In this document: positions 27,486 through 40,565 of the stretch, in pieces
How positions within the stretch are numbered: position 1 is the stretch's first letter
Layout of the letters: each line of letters starts with the position of its first letter
Assembly: GCF_018977255.1 (NCBI RefSeq)
Contig: NW_024704742.1
Span: 50,656,001 to 50,720,000 of the forward strand
DNA: 64,000 nt
Reading direction: 5' to 3'
DNA from: Callorhinchus milii
Lineage: Eukaryota
Made by a program: the position numbers and the translations under genes
Notes under the pieces: model-generated
The model's database searches: none
The model's input: only the letters and a program-made list of their open reading frames with translations
Told to the model about the DNA's origin: nothing

Positions 27486-27618
27486 CTAAATAAATCAGAC
27501 AATATGTGAACATTGTAGCGTCTTTAATGTCTAAAAAGCACATTTTTATATTAGATTTGGAATTGTAATCAACTTATTTCATTCCTGTTATTGTACAGAT
27601 GGGAGCAGGAATAGGCCA

Positions 27619-27671
27619 TTGCAGGATTGTGCACCTTGCAGGATTGTGCACCTTGCAGGATTGTGCACCTT
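27619..27671. repeat. 17-bp tandem repeat, 3 copies (TTGCAGGATTGTGCACC)
   Basis: Three perfect copies. Confidence 0.97.
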
Positions 27672-27914
27672 TTGGAAATGTCTTAAGCTTTCTTAATTTG
27701 GAAGCAAATTTTCCGTAGTGCTGTTTTTGAAAAGAAATTAAGAAAACTGGCTTCCAAATGAAGACTGATAAAATGTTTCTGGAACATGGAACTTACAGAA
27801 AGAACATGGGGATCTTGTGAAAGTTAACTTGGAAATGTTATGGTATTTAAAATTCTGACAGGATCTAGTTTTGAAAACATACAAACACACACACACTCAA
27901 ATATACACATAATA

Positions 27915-28235
27915 ATAAAAGTGAATTTTTTTTTAAGGGATTATTACCCCCGGAAAAGTGATCCGCCAATCGACTAACAACTGAGTTCCTACTTACTGCT
28001 AGGTAAACAGAGGCGTGTGGAGTAAGGAAACTTGCCCAACATTTTGCCCTGCAAGGAATTCTGTAGCTCAGTGGTTAGAGAACTTGCCTCGCAAGTGGGA
28101 GACATGGGTTCGATTCCCAGCTATTATTACTAATAACCCTTGCATTTGAGATAGCGCTTTATCACGTTTTCAAGACGTCTCAAAGCGCTTCAAAGAATAT
28201 ACTGTAAAGTGAATTGACTATATTTTTTGGGCGGC
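27915..28235. mobile_element. SINE composite: minus-strand body, inverted tRNA head, second minus-strand tail
   Basis: Head reads on + at ~28057-28120 while the flanking body and tail read on -. Confidence 0.82.
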
Positions 28236-31200
28236 AACAACAACAGGAGCAGCTTGCAGAGTATATTGTATTTGAAGATTCATAATCCAATACTTGACAA
28301 TCAGTCTGATGATCTTGCATGTTAGGTGAGTTGTATTTGCCAGCCGTGAAGTCCATGCCTTCCACAGACCAAGTACCATCTGTTCCAGTGTGCACTCCAG
28401 CCAAACCATTGAATCTACATACACTGTAAAAAGTGTCCCAAAGCTGCAAAACATTTCCCAAAGAGATTACTGCTGAATTTAGTGACCCAATTTGATACAA
28501 TGGGTAGGTCAAGGAGTTCTATTGTTGCTGGTACCTTTGAGTCTATGTTTGCTGGCACTGAGATGTCTGCAAGAACAAATGTGTTCATTATTCCCGAGCC
28601 GCCCTGCCCACCCACATCAATCGTCTCATGTTAGCAAATGGTATTTAAAATTCTGTTTTCATCTAGCTGTGCTCTGCAATCCATTCAAATTGTGCAACAA
28701 AGGGAGGTCAGGGCCTCCCCTGACTAGAGACATGCATAATAATAATTCTTCCACTTGATATAGCACCTCAGCATGTCGTTCAGATGTCTGAAAGCAGACT
28801 TATTGTAAAGTGTAGCGACAGTGTATTTGTACACAGAAACGTCCCACAAATAGCCAAGAAGTAAATTAACAATTATATCTGAGGTGTTTGTGGGTGGGAA
28901 ACTGGGAGAAACTCCCTTCTCTTTTTGAGTAGTGCTATGGGATCATTAATATCCACCTGAACAGGCGGACGGGACGAGATGCACTGAAGACATAACTCAG
29001 TCAAGTAAAGATGGCATAGCATTATTGCCAAGCCTAAATAACAACGTCAAATCCGTCTTGGTACATTTGCAGACTAGAACCACATGACATCAAACAATTC
29101 ATGTTACTGAATTAGCTAAGACTTTTCTTAGAATTACCCAGATAATTCAATTGTGCCACAGGACAATAGACACACGGCTTTTAATTACACAGCAATGCAA
29201 CAGGCCATTTAGCCCAACTGGTCTGTGTCGGTGTTTATACTTTTATATGACCCTCTACTCTTCCAAATCCTGTATCTCTCTATCCTCTTCCATACCTCTC
29301 TTTTGCTTTCTGCCTCATGTACATTTGAGTCATCCTACCATGTGAAAGGCAATATAAATGTAAATTAGCATTTATTCTATTATCGCCATACACCAGTAGG
29401 GGTGAAAGCACTTCAGCTGGGACATCAACGATTCTTCCCTATCCCCAGAAGGCTGGTAGATAGCCAATCTTATGTAGACAGAGACCATTACTTGTTAGTT
29501 TGTTATGGATATCAAAGTCTGTAAATCTCTGGTCTTTTCTATTTTACCCATTAAGGATATACTTTGCAGGTTCAGCCCTGATAATGCACGCATGTCCTCT
29601 GATCCAGGAGTGGTTAGGTTAGATCAGATTGGAATCTTGCTCTCCTCCCCATACATTACACTATCAATGTAATCTTAATAAGACAAAATAATAACCTCTT
29701 TCCTGGTGAATAATAAACACCACTAAGCCCAATTCCCCTCAATAAAAGGGAATAACTCCATGTAAAATATATATCCAGGATTTCTCCTGGTTTTCAGTTT
29801 TGCTTCACAAGTGGAATAAGCTACTATGCAGCATTAAAAGGCCCACAACAACAAATTGCATTTATATAGCACCTTTCAAAAGCAAATTAAACAGATTTAT
29901 TTTAGAAAATCATATCTTGGGATACAGTATATAGTTTGGGTCACGACATGTGCATGCGACTGCCAGGATGGTGGAAAGCAAACTGGATGAATCTGGTTCT
30001 TCTTAACATCCAGCAATTCTTATGTTCATATGTTTCACATTAGGTCACAGGGATTATGGAATAAGAAACCCATCAAATACACTCCTTGCAAAAGCCCACA
30101 TATAACAAGCACAGTTATTGACTTTCCCGAAGCACTACGATCTCTTGAGAGGAGTGAATAATCACATGTAAAAATTCTAAATTGTTAAGCCCCTGTGCAA
30201 TTTATCTCTCACCTACAAACATGATCAAGTGGATATTGATTTACAATATGGAAGTATTCAACCCTGACCAGGCACGTTCCAAATAGGTCTTGGACAAAAT
30301 ACTTACTTGCCTAGATTTTATACACATTTTATTTTTACAGATCAATAATCCACAGATTGATGCTTGGAGAAAGTAAACCCAGAAACAATATTTCATATAA
30401 TTCAAGGCAGTAAGTAATGGACAGAGACTAAACTTGGAATTCAGGAAGGATGAGATAAAATGGCCCAAAGGGCCTTCTTCACCCAAAGCTCTCATTTGGT
30501 ATAAAATGACATGTGTTTCCCCCAAGAGTTTCCCTGTCTATACTTTCCCTCTCCATCCATCCCTTTTTGTCACACTTTCAAAAGCAGTAAAATTTGCTCC
30601 TTTTAAACTGAAAATAAGCTATCTTCCATAGTGTATATGTTTTCCAACCTCACATCAATCCATGAGATCTTTTCTAGTGTTGATGGGGAGGTGAGGGGGC
30701 AGAGAGGAACAATTTTAAAACTATTAGATTTGTTTCCTTCACAAATTCCATTCCCGGTTTATAACTTAATTTGGTTTATTGAAAGCTGTAAATGGGATAC
30801 TATTAAATAGGAGTCATTCTATCACTCTAAACATTGAGATTTTGGAATGTTACTTTTCACATAGGAGAACTGACTGGCTCTTAAAGCTAGTATTGTATAG
30901 CAGTCATTTTTCTGTGACCCTTTATATTAGTACAGAGCATTTTGTTGTCAGAATGACTTTATTTGGGATTAAAGTGCATCCTTAAACAAACTGAGTGACA
31001 TTGCCTTGAAGATACTGTCTATTATTTGACCACTTAACTTTCCATTGCTGACACTTCAGTGTTATTCCTGGCAATCGATGCGTCAATAGAGTTATTTGGC
31101 TGGATCCCAGGCAAAACATATTCAAATATGTTTGAAGATTATATGCTTTGGCATAAAATTGTATTTGTATAATGCAAAAAATGAAAATTTTACAAACCAC

Positions 31201-31779
31201 TTCCACCCATTATAATTAGGAACAATATTTACAATGTTACAATGTTTAAACCGAGTCTCAGTAAGTAAACAGAACATAGCAATCTAACGGCAGTTACCTG
31301 AAGTTTTTCGACCCAGCTTTGGGTCCAAGTAATGGGAGAAAGAGGTTCACAGTTGCAGCCAATTGATAATTATTGACAATTTACAGTAATATCAAAACAA
31401 CATAGAATCTTACAGCAAAGAAGGAGGCCATTCAGCCCATTATGCCTGTGCTGGCTCTTTGAAAGATCTATCGAATTAGTCCCACTCCCCCACTCGTTCT
31501 GATTGTCACATTGGGCACATTTTTCATCCTTTGGTTTTTAATTGAAATTTTGTGTTATTAATTATTTTGCTCAAACAAATGAACCAAGACCACAGCCTGC
31601 CCCAAGCTATCCCAGATGAGGTCCAGCACAAGATAGATTTAGATTAAAGCTCCATTTACTCTGTTCCAACCTCAGAAGAACACCAATGTGATATATTTCC
31701 CTTTCCCAGACCGTGGCCATGGGACAATGTGCACTGCCAACTGAGTTGAGATTGTTCACATTCGGTTCATATAAGACAA

Positions 31780-32330
31780 TGACAATAACTTGCTTATTAC
31801 AGCGTACTTCACACCGAGCGGCGTCTCGGAGCGTTTAACATTGGCGTGGCTTAACAGTGGTGGAGCCCGATGCCAAGCCAGGGGAAGAGGGAACCTGAAC
31901 ATAGGCACGGTCGAAGAGGAAGGTCTTCAAGCGTGACCTGGAAATGGGGAAAGAGGGGGCAAGGCAAAGGAATTGAGGAAGAGAGTTGCACAACTATGGG
32001 GTTAGCGGTTGAAAGCACGGCCGCCAATGGTGGGGGAGAGGGACCAGGAGAAAAGGAGAAGCCTGGAGCCAGTCGAGCGGAGGCAGTGGGTAGTAGTGTA
32101 GGGAGAGAGCAGGTTGGAGAGATAGGGGGGTGCTGGGGTATGAAAGGATTTAATACAAGAGTTAGAATCTGAAATCGATCTGCTCTGTGACAGGGAGCCA
32201 ATGAAGTTTAGCAAGGACTGGGGTAATGAATGTACGGAGTTTTGTGCGGGTCAGAATGCGGACGGCGGAGTTTTGAATTACTTGAATTTTGTGAATTGCA
32301 GAGGGGAAACCAGCAAGGAGGGTGTTTGAG
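31780..32330 (-). mobile_element. L2 3' fragment
   Basis: Similar to the L2 RT C-terminus (LHWLP region) and tail. Confidence 0.85.
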
Positions 32331-33489
32331 TAGTTTTAAGACCTTTACAAACCACACGTGAAGGAGACTGGATTTAAACCTAGGGACCCAAAGAGACAGC
32401 AATTAATGACTAGAGATTAGGTCTTCCAATTCATTTAAGAAACAACTTGATGCTGTAATGGGAAGATGGTAGGCTGCGTATTCTGGAAGGTTTAGATCAA
32501 ATGAGCTGAAGGACATTCTTCATCTGAAACTCTCTTGTGAATGGCCAGAGTCTACTCCACTAACTATACAATCACATCAAAGATAAATATAAATTTTAAA
32601 ATGAAACAGACAAATATCGCGGAAGTAGGTCACATTTGACTGTGAACTGTCAAGTCTTAAAGAATGTGAATGATGTATATGTTCTTATTGCTGTAATTCT
32701 ATTTCAGCTACATTTACTTTATCCCTGCAGGTAAAAATATGCTGCAGTGTATGTAATTTAATCCAGAAGTCTAAAGTACTATGGTTTTAAACTCTAACAC
32801 CTTAGTGTCAGATGTTCAAATTACCAGAGCCAGTTATAGACTACAGTAGAGTGGGTTGGCACTCAATGTGTAGATATAAGATTTTATACGATCAAACAGC
32901 AACAGAAGCAACTGTTGGAAAAAAATAACAGTGCTAGAAGATAAGGCCATGAAAACCAACAGCATTCCTGGCTATTTTAAGAACACATTTTGCGTAGGTC
33001 TGTATGCAACACATTTTTGAGTCAAGCACCTGGAGAAAGAGGCAGATGAATAAAAGGGGTTATGTTTAAATAGCGAACAGGAAAAAGTACTCTCTGTAGT
33101 AGCATTTTAGATGGTGGTTTTTCATTTCTGGGTAGATTGACTTTGGTTCTGACTGAATAGATTAACATTTTCTCTTCCAAAAGGTCACAGGTAAAAAGAG
33201 TTCTGGCAGTTCTCAATCTATCTCTCTGTGGATTTAAGCCCATAGCCTGCGATCATTTCAAATGTAATTCTGATTGACATTAATTCAGCAACCACAGTCT
33301 GGAAGGTCAGAAAGTTTTTCTGGCAATAGAAATGTCACACTGGTATAGGATATGACACCTGCAGTCAGAGATGGATTATATTGTACATACTGTACACACA
33401 TATATGCCCAGTTCACAATAGGTGAAATAATAATAATTTGGCCACACACTCCACAACTGCTTGTCGGACACTGCTCTGCGCAATTGGGG

Positions 33490-33815
33490 CCCGTACTCAC
33501 CCAAACTAAACTCTGTACCCCCATCACACTAGTTCGAGCCAGGCTCCAGTGGCTCCCTATCACCAAACAGAGCGATTTCATGATCCTCACACTCACTTTC
33601 TTTTATAATACCTTTATGCTCTGGCACCTCCCTACCTCTCTGACCTGCTTATTCCCCAACCCACTACCTGCTGTCTCTGCTCAACTGGCTCTGGTCTCCT
33701 GCATGTCAGCTCCCCCTCCCCCCAGCTCAGACTCACGCTCCACCACTGTCAAGATCTGGGACTCTATCCTTCGTGAGGATTGCTATTTAAATGCAAGTTG
33801 TTATTGTTGTTGCTG
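33490..33815 (+). mobile_element. L2 3' fragment embedded within SINE sequence
   Basis: RARLQWLPI motif; SINE body segments on both sides. Confidence 0.75.
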
Positions 33816-34009
33816 CGTTTTGCCCACAAAATATACAATTCACTTTACACTATTGTCTGTGAAGCGCTTTGAGACTTCTCAAAGACATAAGGCGCTATAT
33901 CAAATGCAAGTATTACCACTATTATTATAGGGACTTGTGATCATTTCCAATAGTTTAAACATTTAGATTGACAGAGAACTGGTGCCCATGCTAGCTTTTC
34001 GCTTTTAGG

Positions 34010-34410
34010 CAGGTTGGTTGGTACATTATGGTAAGGTATCAGCATTCTCACCTTTCACCCAGTCAGAAGATTGTGGGTTCAAGGCCCACATCAGAGCTTT
34101 TAAACTCTTAATCTAGACACTCCAATGCAAAGATGGAGGCTACTGCATTGACAGAGGTATTGTCCGTTGAATGAGATGTTAAAGTGAAATCCCATCTGCC
34201 TGTTCAGGTGGACACTTTAGATCTCATGGAACTATCGAAAAGCAGAACAGAACTTCTGAGTGTTCTGGCCAACAAGTTCACAAGTAAAATTCATATTCAG
34301 TTCATCGTTGGCTGCTGTGTTTGCTGACAAATACATTTTACAGTAAATCATGTGAAGCACCATGAGATATTTCAACAATACAATATATCAAATCCCAGTA
34401 TCATTATTAA
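34010..34410 (+). mobile_element. Deu-domain SINE with tRNA-like head (related copies at ~17590, 28740, 37050, 42180, 45955)
   Basis: gaatgagatgttaaa...gttcaggtggacac...agatctcatggaactatcgaa core. Confidence 0.7.
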
Positions 34411-34885
34411 TGATGTCAGTGCTCTTAATCCAGTGGATTTGTGCTGATTTGTGCTGAGACACTGGGCTGGATAACTATTGCGCTATTGCATTTATGTAAT
34501 TGGACTAATTTGTAAAGAGAAGAATTTTAAAAAAAGATTCACAGCCTGATTTATACTTAGTACTCTAAATTGCTTTGGTTGAGAGCTGAGGTGAGATCTG
34601 GGTGTCTATATATTAAGCTTGACAAAATGCCAGTTGTTTCACAAATTTGTTAAGGAGCTGTGAGTATGGCTATCTCTCCGCAAACATAAAAAAGTCTCCT
34701 GGACCACCCAAGAACTCTTATGGGACTGTTCTTGAGCTGAGGTTGAGTTGACTCACACCATATCACAGGAAGCGAGTATCAATGCCCTTGTATACCACCT
34801 CCTCGAGGCTCTATCAGCAGCTGGACTCCAGCGCAAATCACCATGCCTCAAACAGGATTTATTATGTGATCTTTCCTAGTACATA

Positions 34886-35261
34886 ATAATAATCCTTGCA
34901 ATTGATATAGCGTCTTATCACATCTTCAAGACGGCTCAAAGCGCTTCACAGAATATCCTGTAAAGTGAATTGACTGCATATTTAGTAGACAAAATGCAGC
35001 AGCCAAATGCACACAGCAGTATTCCACAAACAGTCGTAGATTGAGTGACCAANTTTTTTTAATGATTGTACCCCCAAGAAAAGTGGTCCGCCAATCGACT
35101 AACAACTGAGTTCCGACTTACTGTGAGGTATACAGTGGGGTGTGGAGTAAGGAAACTTGCCTAGCGTTTCGTCCAGCCCGGGAATATGGAGTTGAGTTGT
35201 GTAGCGTCCCATTGGCGAGGTGAGTGCTCTAACCAATACGCTACAGAACTCAACTCCATAT
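34886..35261 (-). mobile_element. tRNA-derived SINE with a rearranged head
   Basis: Same family body; inverted duplication replaces the B-box. Confidence 0.88.
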
Positions 35262-35389
35262 CAACATAATGTTCTTGTAGAAAAACTATAAGTATTACCT
35301 TGTATCTAACCAATATTTGAGAACATTGAATACAATATTACATTCATATTAGTTCAAATAGTTTGATAAACATACACGGACATAAATAC

Positions 35390-35810
35390 AACAATAACTT
35401 GAATTTATATAGCATCCTTCACATGGGGTAGCGTCTCGGAGCGCTTAACAGTGGCCGAGCTGATGCCGAGCCGGGGGAGAGGGAAGAAGTGACCATTAGC
35501 ATGGTCAAAGAGCAAAGTCTTCAATCATGATCTAAAAGAGGGAAGAAGAGGACAAGGCCAAAGCTTTGGAGAGCTCCAAAGGTTGTGAGTGTAGTGGCTA
35601 AAAGCGCGGCCTCTGATAGTGGAGCAGAGGAGATGAGGGACAAGCAGGAGGCTAGAACCAGCTGAGCAGAAGCAGCGGGCAGTGGAGTGGGGAGAAAGCA
35701 GGTCAGAAAGGTATGGAATTGCCAGGGCATGAAGGGATTTGGAGATGAGTGAGAGGATCTTGAAATCAATCCATTCTGTGATAGGGAGCCAGAGGAGCCT
35801 GGCAAGGCAA
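35390..35810 (-). mobile_element. L2 3' fragment
   Basis: WLPITEWIDFKIL motif and tail. Confidence 0.85.
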
Positions 35811-36069
35811 ATAGTAAATACACACCACAAAGTGTGTGCATTTCTATCAATGTATTATTATTATTATCAATGTTGTCTACTATTTTAGACTTCCAGGATG
35901 AAACTTTTAAGTTCAGCATCAAACTGCAAATTTGCAATGATTTTGTTCATACCAGCCAGTACTTCATTTGATTTATATTCGGCTTCAACTAATCTAACTA
36001 TTCTCATTACAGGGCAGATAAATACAAAAGTCATCTGTTTCAAACTATTAAAGGGCAAATATCCACTTA

Positions 36070-36465
36070 CATAACAATAACAACTTGGATATGTTTAGTG
36101 CTCTCCACGCCGGATGGCGTCTCAGAGTGCTTCACAGTAACAGATCCCGAGGCCGAGCCAGGGGAATGGAGAGCAAGGTGACCAAAGGCGCGGTCGAAAA
36201 GGTCTTCAGTAGGGACCTGAAAATAGGAAGAGAGGGGGCGAGGCGAAGGGAGTGAGGAAGGGAATTCCAGAGCCTCGGGGCGTACTGGCTGAAGGCACGG
36301 CCGCCAAGGGTGGAGTGGAGGACACGGGGGACGAGGAGGAGGCCAGACCCGGAGGAATGAAGGCAACAGGTACTGTTTTGAGGAGAGAGGAGGTCAGAGA
36401 GGTAGGGGTTGCAGAGGAGTGGAGGGATTTGAATACAAGGGTGAGGATCTTGAAGTCGATCCTCA
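36070..36465 (-). mobile_element. L2 3' fragment, close relative of the 7.8-11 kb element
   Basis: Reverse complement aligns by eye to ~10610-11010. Confidence 0.92.
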
Positions 36466-36671
36466 TACTTGCTCTTCTACATTTGTTACAGGAGCAAATA
36501 TTCAGTTACATTTTTCCCCCTATAGGCAAATAACGCCCACACAACAAATCATTCTTCTCCCCCACTAATTTAGAAAGTGTAATTGTGAAGCCAGTAAAAG
36601 ATTGCAGAGACAAAAAAAAGATTAAATACGTGGAAATAGCAAATAGAGTCCAACATAGTAAATTGTGGACA

Positions 36672-36880
36672 AAACACAAAATACTGCAGATGCTGGAATC
36701 TGAAACAAAAGCAGAGAGCTGGGAAATCTCAGCAGGTCAGGCAGTATTTATGGAGAAAGTTAGCCAACGTTTCGGGTCCATGACCCTTCGTCAGAACATG
36801 TTCTCAAAACGTTGACTCACTTTTCTTTCTCCATAGCTGCTGCCTGACCTGCTGAGTTTTCCCAACTCTCTCTGTTTTTA
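36672..36880. mobile_element. Penelope-type terminal-repeat fold-back element
   Basis: Inverted arms (ctcagcaggtcaggcag...tatggagaaag / ctttctccatag...ctgcctgacctgctgag) around a hammerhead motif. Confidence 0.7.
36763..36797 (-). ncRNA. minimal type I hammerhead ribozyme motif
   Basis: GUU-CUGACGA-A-GGGUC-AUG-GACCC-GAAA-CGUU-GGC: intact core, 5-bp stem II, palindromic AACGUU helix III. Confidence 0.65.
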
Positions 36881-37479
36881 TAGAAAATTGTGGATATATT
36901 CTGGACCGAAGAATGGTAGAGGGGAATACAGTTTGCATAGGGAAGGCAAGTGGGAGATGCACAAAGGGATTTATGGGTTGTAATTCATTTAAAACCAGTT
37001 CGCGGGTTTGGGGGATGGGCAATGAAAAAGGCTCACAAAAAGCTTGTAACAAACCGCGACAGCCAATTTGCACAATGTCCCACAAACAGCCATGAAGTGA
37101 ATGATCAATTATACCTGGGGATTTGTTGGGCAAGTCACTGAGAGAAACTCTGTTCTCTTTTCAAATAATGGCCCCAAGAATGGAGGGGAATGTATTCTAA
37201 ACTGGGAAGGCAAGCGGAAGATGGACAAAGGAATTTAGGGTTCATAAGTCATTTATCTTCGGCATACAGGCAGTCGAGTTTTACGACTAGTCCAAAGAAC
37301 AGCACCACCAGCAATGCAGCATTCCCCAGCAGGGCATTTGAGTGCCAGCCTGGACTGAGCTCACAAGGGCTTTACATGTGGGCTAGAACCAACAACCTTC
37401 TGACTCAAAGGCAAAAGTGCTAGCAACTGAACCAGGTTGACACCCTATAATACAAAAGAAGGCAAGCAATATTGCATTT

Positions 37480-37975
37480 GTATGGTGTGCTGGTCAATCC
37501 TTATTTGAGGTATTGTGTTCAGTTATAGTTAGAAATGAAAAAATAAAAAAAAACATTTGAATAGAGAAGGTTGAGCGGTGATCTGATAGAGATATTTTAG
37601 AGACAGTAATGAGAAATTATTTTCACTGGGCATAAAAGGGCATCAATCTAAGATTATTAGCAAAAGAGCAAAGGGGAGATTGGGAGGATCTTATTTCCAC
37701 AAATAGATCTTAGGGTGTGGAATGCCTGCTAGGTGCAGTGGTGGAGGTGGGATCCTATTTAGCTTTCAAAAGGGAACTAGATGGATATCAGGACTCCAAG
37801 ATGCTAGCCGACGTTAAGGGTACTTTACAAATGCAAGTTGTTGTAAAAATGAGACATTTTGAAGGGAGTGGGGAAAGCGCAGGTAAATGGAACCGCATGG
37901 ATTTCTCTTTCAAAGAGCCAGCACAGATACAATGGCCTGAAGGGCTTTCTTCTGTGCTGTAAAATTCTATGGCTG
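37480..37975 (+). mobile_element. CR1-like LINE 3' end (related tails at ~500-750, 31400, 45060)
   Basis: tattgtgttcagtt; gagaaggttgagcggtgatctgatagag; gtgtggaatgc; ttcaaaagggaactagatgg. Confidence 0.7.
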
Positions 37976-38360
37976 TATTTTTTCGCCCAAAGGGTTGTCA
38001 AAATGTGGAATGCAAGGCTGTCAGATGATGATAGGCGGGCATTCAATTGAGACGTTTAAAAGGTATTATATATAATATATATATTAAGATATATATGGGA
38101 AATATCTTAATAATCTGGCTTCCCAAATATATAACATAATAATCAAATGCAAGGAATGTATTATATATTTGGTAAGGAAGGATTTTAAAAGATATAGAGA
38201 AAAAGTAGGAAATCCAATAAAAAGAATTGCGATGATCTAATGAAAAATCAGTAGCAGTTCAATATGCTGAACATCCTCCTGTTCCTCTATTGTACTAGAC
38301 CAGATATAAAAAGTTTGAATGATATTTTGCAGAATCTCAACCTATTGGAATATCAATGCT

Positions 38361-38966
38361 TATGACCAGATTAAGGGATCTGGGGGGGCCTAAAATAGAT
38401 CACATTTGGGGGCCCTTCGTACTATGCACACAAAATAAGCAACAATATATATTTTGGGGGTGACAGACTCGTATTGATATTCAATCAGATTATATTTTAA
38501 TATATTTAAAATTACTTATAAATATTTAAAAGCATGTAAAGTTGCAAATGATATGATAAAAGTGGGTACAAAGCTGATTTATCCACCATTTCCAAGACAA
38601 AATGTCACAAGAACACCAGCTCTGTATGGTTTTCCCAATTGTGATCATCGTTGGCAACTCATCGGTTGCGATGGCACACAATATGCGAATGTACAGTACG
38701 TTTGACTGTTTTGCTACTATTTTTACAAATTATAATAATAATCCTTGCATTTGATGTAGTGCCTTATCATATCGGCGAGATGTCTCAAAGCGCGTCACAG
38801 AATATACTGTAAAGTGAACTGATTGTGTATTTTGTGAACTAAAATTATGTTATCATATTAATTTTAGGTAATCTAATAATACGTAAAGGCTAATGTTTCA
38901 ACGCAATATCCATATCTCGTGGGCCTAAGGCATGACTTAGTTGATTTATTAGTTGATCCGGCCCTG
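38361..38966. mobile_element. possible hAT-like non-autonomous element with a nested SINE tail
   Basis: Right end GATCCGGCCCTG, decayed left end (gaccagattaaggg), GGGCCC/GGGCCT subterminal motifs; no TSD seen. Confidence 0.35.
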
Positions 38967-39496
38967 CTTGGTACCACTTAATTCCTCCATGCCACTAAAA
39001 TTCATACTTCAGCCACATTCCTGTGGGGAGCTATTGAGTCTCTGGAAGTCAGGGAATATCACCACTGCATTGCTCCAGAACATCTGCCGACATATTCAGA
39101 GCAGCATCGGCAGACGCTTGCTCAGACACTCAGACACTCAGCACAGGAAGCACAGGGGAGCCTCACAACAATAATGCAGGGTTAAAATCTAGCAAATGTT
39201 TATTATAAAGGAGGGTGTTAAGGAAAGTAGCCAGTTGGCAACGGGAAAGTAACAGACATTAAATATGGCAAAATCAACTTTCTTTTTATGTCTCACTGAT
39301 GCTTTCCAATTTGTGAGCCCTTCATTACAAAAGTGTGTCAATGAGACTGTTTAATGTAATAATAGTGGAAACAAATGGTCCATTTTGTCATCTGACAAGG
39401 GACTTTCGGCTCTGCCTGAGAAAGGTCTGTGAAACCCAGCTTCAGAAGTATCCCAAAACCTCAGCTCACCTGCAACCAAACAATGTTGTCTAGTAT

Positions 39497-39938
39497 CATT
39501 AATAATCCTTGCATTTTGCATTTGATATAGGACCTTACCACATCTTTGAGACGTCTCAGAGGCTTCACAGAATATACTGTAAAATGAATTGACTGCCTAT
39601 TTTGTGGGCGAAACGCAGCAGCCAATTGTGCACAGCAATGTTCCACAAATGGTCGTGGATTGAGTGACCAAATTATTATTATTATTTTTGAAGGGATTAT
39701 TACCCCCAGAAAAGTGATCTGCCAATCGACGAAGAACTGAGTAACTACTTACTGCTAAGTAAACAGAGGCGTGTGGAGTAAGGAAACTTGCGTAACATTT
39801 CACCCTGCTGGGAATCGAATCCCAGTCCTCAAGCGAGAGCAGCAAAGCCAATTGCTTACCTCTAGCATTAGAGGTCAGCAACAGCTTTGTTGCTCTCACT
39901 TGCAAGGCGAGTGCTCTAACCAATATGCTACAGGACTC
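39497..39938 (-). mobile_element. tRNA-derived SINE with a hairpin insert in the head
   Basis: Same family body and tail. Confidence 0.88.
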
Positions 39939-40565
39939 GCTATCATTGGCAACAAGTATTTATATTTGCTGACAGCAGCAATGCAACTTCCAGAGACCGA
40001 GAGCAGCCACTTGAGATCTCAGAATCTCTGTCAAAGGCTAACGTCACAGAGTTGATAGCAATGTTGTGGTAGCCCTATAATCTAACAGGAGTTATCAGAT
40101 GAAGGTGCCTTATGAAACAGTCTGGCACTGTACAACTGCTCAGAGCCAAGACTCTGAACTGTGCTGTTTTGATTTCAATTAAAAGATTACGAGTTGTGAT
40201 ATTGGCTTCCATTTGCCACTTCTGAAAGCTGCCTGATTTACAATACTCACAAATCGGCTGATTTTTATTTCCCAAAGCTCCTAAAATGCCGGAGAACAAA
40301 ATTTCATCTGCGTGTTTTTCTGTTTTCGGAGTTTGGCAGAATTTTGTAATTTAAACATCAAAATGAAAGTCACAATTAGTGCATCACATCCCATTGCAAA
40401 TACTACAAATTAGATCCTAATTTGTGGGTTTCAAAGGGGGCAAATACCTACAATATCTTTATGGTACAATTGAAATAACAAATGTATATGTGCTGATTAT
40501 ATTTTGGTGGTGTATGCAGATGTTGGTGTATGTACTGTTCTGCTGTATATATTACAGGAGGGATA

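Noticed and set aside
27619..27671. CRISPR-like direct repeats
   Set aside because: No spacers and a eukaryotic intron context; a simple tandem repeat
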